Origin: Clostridia bacterium
Lineage (GTDB): Bacteria; Bacillota; Clostridia; Christensenellales; CAG-138
Assembly: GCA_035561095.1 (NCBI GenBank)
Contig: DATMYE010000054.1
Location: 35,202-99,201 of the forward strand
DNA length: 64,000 nt
Reading direction: 5' to 3'
Under the pieces are notes generated by a model, which had not been told where the DNA came from, made no database searches, and was given only the letters and a program-made list of their open reading frames with translations. The position numbers were made by a program, and so were the translations under genes. This document shows positions 32,884-41,349 of the stretch, one piece after another (position 1 is the stretch's first letter; the number at the start of each line of letters is the position of its first letter).

Positions 32884-32915
32884 ATGCTTGCCTCCTGTTG
32901 GCTTGTCGATGTTTG

Positions 32916-33146
32916 TTATACTTCTGCCGTGTATCCGTGCTCTGCGAGGGTTTGCACGATCTGTTCAAGCGGGATGTGCTTGAGCGACGCACCCTTGACG
33001 GGAGTCATAAACCTGCCCGCGGTCTGCAGCATGCCGGGCTTGGTGATATCCGTAAAGCCGAGGCCGCTGAGAACGTCGATCAGGTCGGGGTACTTGGTAC
33101 ACAGCGTGTAGACGGTTTCGTTGAGGTCAATCCGGATCATGTCCAT
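32916..33146 (-). CDS. DUF1858 domain protein
   Basis: IDLNETVY.L...YP.L...L..LGF..I..PGMLQTAGRFMT; usual partner of DUF438. Confidence 0.82.
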   Translation of the reverse strand: MDMIRIDLNETVYTLCTKYPDLIDVLSGLGFTDITKPGMLQTAGRFMTPVKGASLKHIPLEQIVQTLAEHGYTAEV

Positions 33147-33256
33147 GATTGTTCTCCTCCTTTTGGTGCAATGGTTGGCTGCCCGCTTGGATTTTTAATC
33201 ACAAGTGTTTTAGTAGCCTTTCTGATGTGAGTATAGGGGATGAGAGCAAGTTAATA

Positions 33257-33272
33257 TGTTGTAATAACAACA
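33257..33272. promoter_or_regulatory. Crp/Fnr-family (HcpR-like) palindromic site
   Basis: TGTTG-TAATAA-CAACA, centred about 41 bp upstream of the start predicted from -10 TATACT (33235-33230). Confidence 0.65.
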
Positions 33273-33319
33273 AACACAAAAGAAATACGACGAATATCCG
33301 TTGGAAAGCACGCGAAAAC

Positions 33320-33343
33320 AAAAAACCGTGCTTTTGCACGGTT
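33320..33343 (-). terminator. Intrinsic terminator of the pyr operon
   Basis: Minus strand AACCGTGC-AAAA-GCACGGTTTTTT downstream of pyrE. Confidence 0.75.
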
Positions 33344-33377
33344 GATTGCTTGTTTGAATTTGATGATTTGAAATCGG

Positions 33378-33959
33378 TTATTTCACAACCGGCAGCTCTC
33401 TGCTGCCCGGCTTTTCCAATTTGATCTTACCCTCTTTACAGATCGGGCATTCGTCCGGCTCGTAGGAGTCGATGGCGAGCTTCAGCGCGGCGTAGACCGG
33501 CAGCGCAAAGTCGCAATCGTCCGCGCGGCGATCCGCGATGCACGCGGCGCCGATCACCTCCGCGCCCATGTCCTCCAGTGCTTTGACTGTTTCCATCGTG
33601 GATTTTCCGGTGGTGATCACGTCCTCCGCGATCAGGATTTTGTCGCCTTTGCCGACGGTGAAGCCGCGGCGCAGCTGCATCTCGCCGTCCTTACGCTCGG
33701 TGAAGATGCTCTCGACGCCCAGCTGCCGCGCGAGCTCGTAGGAGACGATGATGCCGCCCATCGCAGGCCCGCAGACCTTCGTGATCGGCAGGTTCTTGAC
33801 CTGCTCGGTGACGGTGGAGAGAACCTCCGCCGAAAGCTCAGGGAAGCGGAGCAGCTTTGCGCACTGGCAATAGCCGCCGCTGTGCCGCCCGGAGGAGAGG
33901 AGGAAGTGCCCTTCTAAAAATGCTTCGCAGCTTTTCATGATGGAAAGATTGTCTTTCAT
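33378..33959 (-). CDS. pyrE: Orotate phosphoribosyltransferase
   Basis: GHFLLSSGRHS, GPAMGG, LRRGF, EDVITTGKS, KPGSR. Confidence 0.95.
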   Translation of the reverse strand: MKDNLSIMKSCEAFLEGHFLLSSGRHSGGYCQCAKLLRFPELSAEVLSTVTEQVKNLPITKVCGPAMGGIIVSYELARQLGVESIFTERKDGEMQLRRGFTVGKGDKILIAEDVITTGKSTMETVKALEDMGAEVIGAACIADRRADDCDFALPVYAALKLAIDSYEPDECPICKEGKIKLEKPGSRELPVVK

Positions 33960-33986
33960 ATAGTCGCTCCTAACAATATTTTCTAT

Positions 33987-34895
33987 TTAAATGATACCGA
34001 CGATTTCCTGCAGGTTGCTTAAGCCTTCGCTTTCGCAATAGTCGTTGAGACCTGTGATGATGGCGAGCATCGCGCCGGGATCGGCAAACGTCATGGTACC
34101 GACCTGTATGGCGACCGCACCCGCCATCAGAAACTTAAGCGCGTCCTCCGCGGAGGTGATGCCGCCCATGCCGATCACGGGGATGTTCACCGCGTGCGCG
34201 ACCTGATGCACCATCCTGAGTGCGATAGGCAGGATCGCAGGGCCCGAAAGCCCCGCGTAGACGTTTTCAAACACCGGACGCTTCTTTTTTATGTCGATCG
34301 CCATGCCGAGGAACGTGTTCACGAGGCTCAGCGCATCCGCGCCCGCGTCTTCACAGGCGCGCGCGACGGCGACGAGCTCCGGCGCGTTGGGCGAGAGCTT
34401 TACCATCACGGGATGCTGCGAGACTGCCTTGATCTTTCGCGTAATGTCCGCCGCCGTGTCGGGCAGCATGCCGAACGCCATTCCGCCCGCCTTGACGTTC
34501 GGGCAGGAGATGTTGAGTTCGAGGATGTCGATGTCTGCGCTGTTGAGCAGGCGCGCGCCTTCGAGATAATCCTCCTCGCAATGTCCGCCGAGGTTCGCGA
34601 TCACCGCGGGACCAAGCGTGCGCATATATGCTGCTTCGCTTTCCACAAAGTGCAGTACACCGGGATTCTCCAGACCGATGCTGTTGAGCATGCCGGACGG
34701 GGTTTCGTAGACGCGCATACCCTTATTGCCCGCGCTGCCGTTGAGCGTCAGCCCTTTTCCGCTGATGCCGCCGAGGCGGGAGACGTCCATGTGCTCCGCG
34801 TATTCGTGCCCGAAGCCGAACGTGCCGCTGGCCGCGATTACAGGGTTCTTTAACGAAACACCACACAGGGTAAGTTCGAGCGGGTTAGATTGCAT
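33987..34895 (-). CDS. pyrD: Dihydroorotate dehydrogenase B, catalytic subunit
   Basis: KNPVIAASGTFG, NSIGLENPG, ELNISCPN, KLSPN, GLSGPA; start ATG 34895. Confidence 0.95.
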   Translation of the reverse strand: MQSNPLELTLCGVSLKNPVIAASGTFGFGHEYAEHMDVSRLGGISGKGLTLNGSAGNKGMRVYETPSGMLNSIGLENPGVLHFVESEAAYMRTLGPAVIANLGGHCEEDYLEGARLLNSADIDILELNISCPNVKAGGMAFGMLPDTAADITRKIKAVSQHPVMVKLSPNAPELVAVARACEDAGADALSLVNTFLGMAIDIKKKRPVFENVYAGLSGPAILPIALRMVHQVAHAVNIPVIGMGGITSAEDALKFLMAGAVAIQVGTMTFADPGAMLAIITGLNDYCESEGLSNLQEIVGII

Positions 34896-35601
34896 GGAGC
34901 ACCTCCCGATAGTCGAACACGGGTCCGTCTTTGCAGACGCGCTTTCTGCCGTGCTCGGTCTGGCAGGTGCAGCCGAGGCACGCGCCCACGCCGCACGCCA
35001 TGTGTTTTTCGAGCGAGACAAACAGGCTTGCGTTCGCGGTGTCCGCAGCAGCTGCCGCCGCGCGGAGCATCGGTGCAGGCCCGCAGGCATAGTAGGCCGC
35101 ATCCAGCGAGAAATCCACATCGTTGACGACATAACCGCCGATGTTCAGCGTGACGCTGTCGGCGTACCGTTCGAATTCCTTCACCAGATATGCTTCCTCG
35201 CGGAAGCCGAGATACACGTCGATCTTCCGCGTAGGATCGCTTGCGCGCAGCTCATTTGCGAGCTGGAGCATGGGCGCCGTTCCGATGCCGCCGCCGATGA
35301 GCACGGCGCGGCCTTCCTTCAGCGGGAAGCCGTTGCCGTAAGGCCCTTGCGCGTCGATCCGCTGACCGGGCAGGAGCTTGGCAAACTGTGCGGTTCCGCG
35401 TCCGACGGTCTGATACACAAACGTGGTCGTGTCCCTGCTCTCGTCGATCTCGCAGATGCTGATGGGTCTGCCGAGCAGAGGATCGAGCGCGCCCGGCACG
35501 CGCAGCATGAAAAACTGCCCCGCGCGGCCAAGCGGCGCGCCGGAAACGGTCATGCGGCAGATGCCGCTTGCGATGGGTTCGTTTCGGATGATTACAGCCA
35601 T
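34885..35601 (-). CDS. pyrK: Dihydroorotate dehydrogenase electron transfer subunit
   Basis: GQFF, RPIS, GPYGNGF, GGGIG, MACGVGACLGC...VCKDGPVF. Confidence 0.94.
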   Translation of the reverse strand: MAVIIRNEPIASGICRMTVSGAPLGRAGQFFMLRVPGALDPLLGRPISICEIDESRDTTTFVYQTVGRGTAQFAKLLPGQRIDAQGPYGNGFPLKEGRAVLIGGGIGTAPMLQLANELRASDPTRKIDVYLGFREEAYLVKEFERYADSVTLNIGGYVVNDVDFSLDAAYYACGPAPMLRAAAAAADTANASLFVSLEKHMACGVGACLGCTCQTEHGRKRVCKDGPVFDYREVLHAI

Positions 35602-36437
35602 TGCAGGATATCCTGTTTCATGTCGAGCACCGCTTTTCTCGTGTGGTCGGTGAAGCGCGCGTCCTCGCTCTTGCCCTTGTGTGCGGTCAGGATGCCGCGG
35701 GAGTTGTTGACGACTCCGCGCACTCCATCGCGGAAAAAGCCCGCGATGTCCTTGCCCGTGCCGCCCTGCGCGCCGTAGCCGGGGATCAGCAGAAAGGTGT
35801 GCGGCAGCAGCGGGCGGATGTGCTCGAATTCTTCGGGGTAGGTGAGCCCTGTCACCGCGCCGATGGCGGAGAAGCCGCTCGCGCCGATGAACTGTTCACC
35901 CCACGCGGAGACCTTGCGCGCCGTGCGCTCGTAGAGCGTTTCGCCGTCCACGATCAAATCCTGAAAGTCCTTGCCGCTGGGGTTGCTGGTCTTGACCAGA
36001 GCGAAGACGCCCTTGCCCGCTTCGAGGAAGGGATAGTAGGGAGAGACCGCGTCCTCGCCCATAAAGACGTTGATGGTCATCACGTCGGTCTCAAAGTCGC
36101 CGGAGAAGTGCGCGAGAGCGTACTGCGCCGCGGTGGAGGAGATGTCCCCGCGCTTTGCGTCGGTGATGGTCACGTTGCCGCGGTGTCTCGCGTATTGCAG
36201 TGTCTTTGCAAAGGCCTGCATGCCGTCGAGTCCGAGCGCCTCATAGCAGGCGATCTGGAGCTTGAAGCAGCCCGCGATGTCCTCCGTCGCGTCGATGATC
36301 GCGCGGTTGTATTCGAGTATTTTTTCGCCTTCCGTACCGCTCTTTTGCTTGATGTAGTCCGGCAGGAAGGAATATTGTGTGTCCAGGCCCACGCAGACGG
36401 GGCCTTTTTTCTGTACAGCTTCAACTAATTTCTGCAT
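35592..36437 (-). CDS. pyrF: Orotidine-5'-phosphate decarboxylase (long type)
   Basis: CVGLD, DAKRGDISST, VKTSNP, LIPGYGAQG, NNSRGI. Confidence 0.94.
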   Translation of the reverse strand: MQKLVEAVQKKGPVCVGLDTQYSFLPDYIKQKSGTEGEKILEYNRAIIDATEDIAGCFKLQIACYEALGLDGMQAFAKTLQYARHRGNVTITDAKRGDISSTAAQYALAHFSGDFETDVMTINVFMGEDAVSPYYPFLEAGKGVFALVKTSNPSGKDFQDLIVDGETLYERTARKVSAWGEQFIGASGFSAIGAVTGLTYPEEFEHIRPLLPHTFLLIPGYGAQGGTGKDIAGFFRDGVRGVVNNSRGILTAHKGKSEDARFTDHTRKAVLDMKQDILQWL

Positions 36438-36502
36438 TTCTCTCTCCTAGTCTTTCTATTAAACTGATGCTGAACTGGTGTTCTTTCGTTGCACTAAATT
36501 TG

Positions 36503-37663
36503 TTAGATCGCTGTGCTGTATTCGTATCTGGTTTCGCCGTCGATCACCGTGCGGAGCACCCGTCCCATCACCTTGCGTCCGTGGAAGGGCGTGTTGTGCG
36601 AGCGGGAGATCATGCTCATCGTGTCGATTTCGCTCTCCTCCTCGACCGAGAGCGCGGTGACGTCCGCGGCGTAACCCGGCAGGAAGAGGCCAGCCTTGAT
36701 CCCGAGTCTCTTTGCGGGGTTGTGCGAGAGCATCTCCGAGAGCCTTGTCAGCGGAATCCCGTTCTCCTGAAACACCTTCAGGTAGATCTGGAAGGCGTGC
36801 TCGATGTTGGAGATGCCCGCCATGCCGCTTGCCTTGTCGGCGGGCGTGTGCGGCGCGTGGTCGGTGGCGAGGCAGTCGATCGTGCCGTCCTTGATTCCCG
36901 CGATCAACGCATCCACATCCGCGCGTGTGCGCAGCGGGGGATTCACCTTGTAGTCGCTGTCCCAGCCGAAGAGGTGGTGCGGCGTGACCTCGCAGGTGAG
37001 CTGCAATCCCTCGGCCTTTGCGCGGCGCACCATCTCCACCGTCTCTGCTCTGCTGATGTGGCCGATGTGCAGGTTGCCGCCGACCTCACGCAGTAGGTCG
37101 AGGTCGCGTTCGACGATCTTGCGCTCCGGCTGGCAGTGCGTGCTGATCAAGAAGCCGTATTTGCTTGAATCCAGCAGGAGCTTTTTCATAAACTCGTCGG
37201 AGAAGATCGTCTTTCCGTCGTTAGAGAGCACCTTTGTCACGCGGCTGAGGTTCGCGCGGTCCGTTGCCTGCTCGTCGCCGAGGGCTTCGCCCGCGGCGGC
37301 TGCCTGCGTGAGGCGACAGAGGCGCAGGTGATTCGCCTTCTCGTGATTTGCCTTGACCAGTTCCGTCGTCGCCATCACGGGATTGGTGTTCGCCATCGCG
37401 ATCAGGTGTGCATAGCCGCCCTTGAGCGCCGCGCGCATGCCCGTCTCCATGGTCTCTTTTTCCGGATAGCCGGGATCGCGCAGGTGGCAGTGCAGGTCGA
37501 TGAACGCCGGCATGAGCGCGTTTCGCCGCATGTCGATGACGCGATCCGCCTTTTGCCAGCAGAGCGGCGCGCAGGCGGTGATGACGCCGTCCTCCGTGCA
37601 GAGGTCTCCGTAGCGTTCGCCGTTTGCGTCGATGAGTCTTGCGTTTCGATAAAGCGTGATCAT
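36503..37663 (-). CDS. pyrC: Dihydroorotase
   Basis: DLHCHLRDPG, MANTNP, CEVTPHHL, KVNPPLR, ATDHAPH. Confidence 0.94.
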   Translation of the reverse strand: MITLYRNARLIDANGERYGDLCTEDGVITACAPLCWQKADRVIDMRRNALMPAFIDLHCHLRDPGYPEKETMETGMRAALKGGYAHLIAMANTNPVMATTELVKANHEKANHLRLCRLTQAAAAGEALGDEQATDRANLSRVTKVLSNDGKTIFSDEFMKKLLLDSSKYGFLISTHCQPERKIVERDLDLLREVGGNLHIGHISRAETVEMVRRAKAEGLQLTCEVTPHHLFGWDSDYKVNPPLRTRADVDALIAGIKDGTIDCLATDHAPHTPADKASGMAGISNIEHAFQIYLKVFQENGIPLTRLSEMLSHNPAKRLGIKAGLFLPGYAADVTALSVEEESEIDTMSMISRSHNTPFHGRKVMGRVLRTVIDGETRYEYSTAI

Positions 37664-37705
37664 ACCGGTGCTCCTTTCGCGTTCAGGGGGTCGTGTTCGC
37701 TGTCC

Positions 37706-38128
37706 TTACAGGCGCGTGCGCGCGTCGCAGTATTCGCAGGCGTACTGGTTGGTAGCGGTGTCCACAAGGTGGAACTTCACGTCGTTAATGTGCTCCTGGT
37801 TCGTGATGCAGCGCGGGTTTCTGCAGGTGAGTATGCCCGTGACCGTCTGCGGCGGCGTGAGGCTGACTTTTTTGACCCGCTCGCCGTCCTTGATGTAGGA
37901 GATGGTTGCGCCCGGGTCGATGAGGCCGAGCACGTCGAGGTTGATATCGAGGTTGGATTCGACCTTGATCAGGTCCTTATGCCCCATCTTTTCGCTGTCT
38001 ACGTTGCGCATCAGCACGACCACGTCGTCGAGGCGGTCGAGGCCCAACTGCTGAAAGATTTTATATCCGTGACCTGCCCGGATGTGGTCGATCACGATGC
38101 CTTCTTTGATTTTGGATACGTTGACCAT
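37706..38128 (-). CDS. pyrI: Aspartate carbamoyltransferase regulatory subunit
   Basis: GIVIDHI, KDLIK, CRNPRCIT...CEYC zinc motif. Confidence 0.93.
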   Translation of the reverse strand: MVNVSKIKEGIVIDHIRAGHGYKIFQQLGLDRLDDVVVLMRNVDSEKMGHKDLIKVESNLDINLDVLGLIDPGATISYIKDGERVKKVSLTPPQTVTGILTCRNPRCITNQEHINDVKFHLVDTATNQYACEYCDARTRL

Positions 38129-38199
38129 TTTATTTTCCTCCGTCTTCTATTGATCGGGTTTGAACATGCCGGATGATTCTCGAAGCTTCCGTCGATTTT

Positions 38200-39129
38200 T
38201 TACGCGGGTTCCTGTGCGCCGAGCAGTTTTAGGATGAGCGCCATGCGCACGAACATGCCGTAGCGCACCTGCTCAAAGTAAGCCGCGCGCGGGTCATCGT
38301 CCACCTCGGTGGCGATTTCGTTGATGCGCGGCAGCGGATGCATGACGATCATGTCCGCTTTGGCGAGCGCCATCTTGTCCGCGGTGAGGACGAAGAAGTC
38401 CTTGAGCCGCAGGTATTCCTCCTCGCTGATGAATCGCTCGCGCTGCACGCGGGACATATAGAGCACGTCGAGGTCCTTGATCGTGCCCTCGAGGTCGGTG
38501 GTCTCGGTGTAGGGCACGCCTTTGGCGTTCAGCTCCTCCTTCACGAAGGCGGGCATGGTCAGCTCCTCCGGCGAGATAAAGCGGAAGCTCACGTTTTCAT
38601 ACCGCGCAAGGCAGGTGACAAGCGAGTGGATCGTGCGCCCGAACTTAAGGTCTCCGCAAACCCCGACCGTCAGGCCGTTGAAATCGCCTTTGTAATGGCG
38701 GATGGTCAAGAGGTCGGTGAGCGTCTGCGTCGGGTGGTGGTGACCGCCGTCGCCCGCGTTGATCACCGGGATTCCGGCGTAGCGGCTCATGAGCTTGGCC
38801 GTGCCCTCCTTCGGGTGCCGCACCACGATCAGGTCGGTGTATTTGCCGATCGTCCGCGCGCTGTCCGCGATGGTCTCGCCCTTTGCCGCACTGCTGGTGT
38901 TCGGGTCGGAAAAGCCCAGCGTGCTGCCCCCGAGGCGGGTCATCGCCGCGTCGAAGGAAAATTTGGTGCGGGTGGAAGGCTCGTAGAACAGGCTCGCCAT
39001 GAGTTTTCCGCGGCAGCAGTCGGCGTAGCGTTCGGGGGTCTGGATGATGCGCTCCGCGAGCATGAGCAGTTCTTCGATCTCCTCAAGGGTAAAGTCGCTC
39101 GGGGCAATCAGGCTTTTGTTTGTCAGCAT
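38200..39129 (-). CDS. pyrB: Aspartate carbamoyltransferase catalytic subunit
   Basis: FYEPSTRT, KGET, NAGDG.HHHPTQ, GDLKFGRT, HPLPR; start ATG 39129 after AAAGGAG. Confidence 0.96.
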   Translation of the reverse strand: MLTNKSLIAPSDFTLEEIEELLMLAERIIQTPERYADCCRGKLMASLFYEPSTRTKFSFDAAMTRLGGSTLGFSDPNTSSAAKGETIADSARTIGKYTDLIVVRHPKEGTAKLMSRYAGIPVINAGDGGHHHPTQTLTDLLTIRHYKGDFNGLTVGVCGDLKFGRTIHSLVTCLARYENVSFRFISPEELTMPAFVKEELNAKGVPYTETTDLEGTIKDLDVLYMSRVQRERFISEEEYLRLKDFFVLTADKMALAKADMIVMHPLPRINEIATEVDDDPRAAYFEQVRYGMFVRMALILKLLGAQEPA

Positions 39130-39180
39130 TTCTTTGTTCTCTCCTTTTTCGCTCCTCCGCGCGCGGGCGGGGCGGGTCAT

Positions 39181-39209
39181 AAAAAAACACCGGTTAAAAA
39201 ACCGATGTT
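39181..39209 (-). terminator. pyr leader terminator T3
   Basis: AACATCGGTT-TTTT-AACCGGTGTT followed by a U-run. Confidence 0.8.
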
Positions 39210-39484
39210 GGAAAACAAATATAGAATTGAGGGGAAACAATTCTCAGAAGCAAATGCTTCAATTGGAAAAGTCTAATAAAAAAGCCTTGATCAAAAAGAA
39301 AATCTCTTTTCCCGATCAAAGCCGAAATAGGGGACCCGTTTCTGGCAATAAAAAAGCCTTGAATGAAAAGGGAAACACTTTTCATCAAGGCCTTATCGAA
39401 CAATTCAAATTGGAAAAGAAGAGAAGGAATACGGGGAGTGCGGAGGCGTTTTTGAACTTTGTCTGCTTGCACCCGCGGGCTCAT
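39194..39484 (-). CDS. Putative pyr leader peptide (PyrL-like, 96 aa)
   Basis: AGGAG RBS and ATG about 35 nt after the predicted transcription start; frame stays open through AT-rich DNA and across two terminators, stopping inside the third. Confidence 0.65.
   Translation of the reverse strand: MSPRVQADKVQKRLRTPRIPSLLFQFELFDKALMKSVSLFIQGFFIARNGSPISALIGKRDFLFDQGFFIRLFQLKHLLLRIVSPQFYICFPTSVF
39278..39322 (-). terminator. pyr leader terminator T2
   Basis: GCTTTGATCGGGAAAAGAGATTTTCTTTTTGATCAAGGC followed by TTTTTT. Confidence 0.8.
39350..39391 (-). terminator. pyr leader terminator T1
   Basis: GCCTTGATGAAAAG-TGTTTCC-CTTTTCATTCAAGGC followed by TTTTTT. Confidence 0.82.
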
Positions 39485-39525
39485 CCTTGCTCCTGCCTTT
39501 CCTTCAGATTTTACTCATTTTGAGC

Positions 39526-39554
39526 AGTATATAAGATGCAACCTCACTTGTCAA
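39526..39554 (-). promoter_or_regulatory. sigmaA-type promoter of the pyr operon
   Basis: TTGACA (39554-39549), 17 nt spacer, TATACT (39531-39526). Confidence 0.8.
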
Positions 39555-39825
39555 GTAAGATTTCAGATTCCCGCAAGAAGAAATTTTATACATACTGAAC
39601 GCTAGGTACAAATGTAAAACACAGTCATTTGTTCCATATATATTCATGCAAACAAACATTTTTTCTGCCGCAGGACAACCTGCACAATTCCGCCAAAGAG
39701 ACCAAATGTACCATACGAAAACGCAATCATTGCGCGATTTGAAGCTCTTCCTGCAGAATCTCCGGCAATGGAACATATTCGGTGCCGCGAAAATTATATA
39801 TTGCATACGGAGTGAATAGATAGGG

Positions 39826-39854
39826 TTGCGCTACCTGTCATTCGAGTTTATAAT
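39826..39854 (+). promoter_or_regulatory. Candidate sigmaA promoter of liv operon 1
   Basis: TTGCGC, 17 nt spacer, TATAAT. Confidence 0.55.
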
Positions 39855-39930
39855 TTTTGCTAGATGTCGGCCAAAGCTCCGGCATCGATTGGCATTCACA
39901 AGCTGAAAGAAAAAATGGAGGAAAGAGTCA

Positions 39931-41136
39931 ATGAAGAAGTTAGTAGCGATTCTACTGGCGCTCGTTCTCGTCGCGTCTGTTGCTGCCTGCGCAGCGCCCG
40001 CCGCGACCACCGACACCGCTGCTGCGGCAGAACCCGCTTCCGGCAATCCTGTCGTGAAGATCGGTATCTACGAACCCGCATCCGGCGATAACGGCGCGGG
40101 CGGCAAGCAGGAGACCCTTGGCATCGAGTACGCGCACTCCGTCAGCCCGACCGTTGAAATCAACGGAAAGACGTATGATGTCGAACTCGTCAAGGTCGAC
40201 AACGAAAGCTCCAACGACAAAGCGGCCTCCGCCGCGGCCACGCTGGTTTCGGCGGGCGTGTCGGTTGTGCTCGGCTCCTACGGCTCGGGCGTGTCCATCG
40301 CAGCTTCTCCGACGTTTGAAGCAGCCGGCATTCCGGCCATCGGCATCACCTGCACCAACCCGCAGGTCACCGAAGGTAACAAGCACTATTTCCGCATTTG
40401 CTTCCTTGATCCCTTCCAGGGCACGGTTCTGGCAAACTATGCGTTCTCCACGCTCGGCGTGAAGACTGCCTACTGCCTCTCCAAGCTCGGCGACGACTAC
40501 TCCGGCGGTCTTGTGAACTACTTCGTCAAGGCGTTTGAAGCCCTCGGCGGCACCTGCGTGCAGGATACCTTCCCGGATGGCAACAGCGACTTCACGAGCT
40601 ACATCAACAACGCCAAGAACAGCGGATCTGCAGTCTTCTTCTCGCCGGTGTCCACCGAAGCCGCTCAGCTGATCATCGACCAGGCGCAGTCTCAGGCGCT
40701 CGGCATGCCGATTCTCGCGGGCGACACGTGGGATTCCAACGTCATCCTCCAGGCCGCGAAGGGCAAGAGCGTTGACGTCACCGTCACCACATTCTATCCC
40801 GAAGGCGCGAATGCCGAGTTCGACGCGGGCTTCAAAGCCTGGGTCAACGCGGACGCCACCCAGCTCGCCAACAACGGCGGCGACGACACCGTTGCCGCGG
40901 TCACCGCGATGGGTTACGATGCCTACTTCTTCGCCCTCGAAGCGATGAAGAAGGCCGGCAGCGTCGCTCCCGCCGACATCATGGCAGCCCTCTGGGGCAC
41001 CACCTATGAAGGCGTTTCCGGCCCGATCGCGCTCGATCAGGTCAACGGCGATGCCATCCGCAACACCGCGTACGTCAAGCACGCGAACACTGAAACCGGC
41101 GCGTGGGATGCCCTGCCCCCGGTTACGATCGGCTAA
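39931..41136 (+). CDS. livK: Branched-chain amino acid ABC transporter substrate-binding lipoprotein
   Basis: Lipobox VAAC; LGSYGS, TNP.VT, FRICFLDPFQG, YDAY. Confidence 0.88.
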   Translation: MKKLVAILLALVLVASVAACAAPAATTDTAAAAEPASGNPVVKIGIYEPASGDNGAGGKQETLGIEYAHSVSPTVEINGKTYDVELVKVDNESSNDKAASAAATLVSAGVSVVLGSYGSGVSIAASPTFEAAGIPAIGITCTNPQVTEGNKHYFRICFLDPFQGTVLANYAFSTLGVKTAYCLSKLGDDYSGGLVNYFVKAFEALGGTCVQDTFPDGNSDFTSYINNAKNSGSAVFFSPVSTEAAQLIIDQAQSQALGMPILAGDTWDSNVILQAAKGKSVDVTVTTFYPEGANAEFDAGFKAWVNADATQLANNGGDDTVAAVTAMGYDAYFFALEAMKKAGSVAPADIMAALWGTTYEGVSGPIALDQVNGDAIRNTAYVKHANTETGAWDALPPVTIG

Positions 41137-41349
41137 TCAACGCACGCTAAGATGCGGCGGGGGCTCATACCCCCGCCGCACTTCGTAGAAGCGGAAACCG
41201 TCTGCTCCCTACTTGCTCTCCCGGTATTCTACCGCGGGAAACCGGACGATTTCGCAGATCACGGGATGAAATTTTTGACAAATCGATTCAGATTGTTCTG
41301 AAACACGCGCCGCACCGTCTTAGGCTGCGGCATGGATGGAGGCTAATCA

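Noticed and set aside
39130..39520. PyrR-binding attenuator or T-box in the pyr leader
   Set aside because: No AGUCCAGAGAGG-type loop and no T-box GGTGGNACCGCG found on the sense strand.
41150..41182. Strong GC hairpin after livK of operon 1
   Set aside because: No U-tract; typical mRNA-stabilising hairpin after a substrate-binding protein gene.
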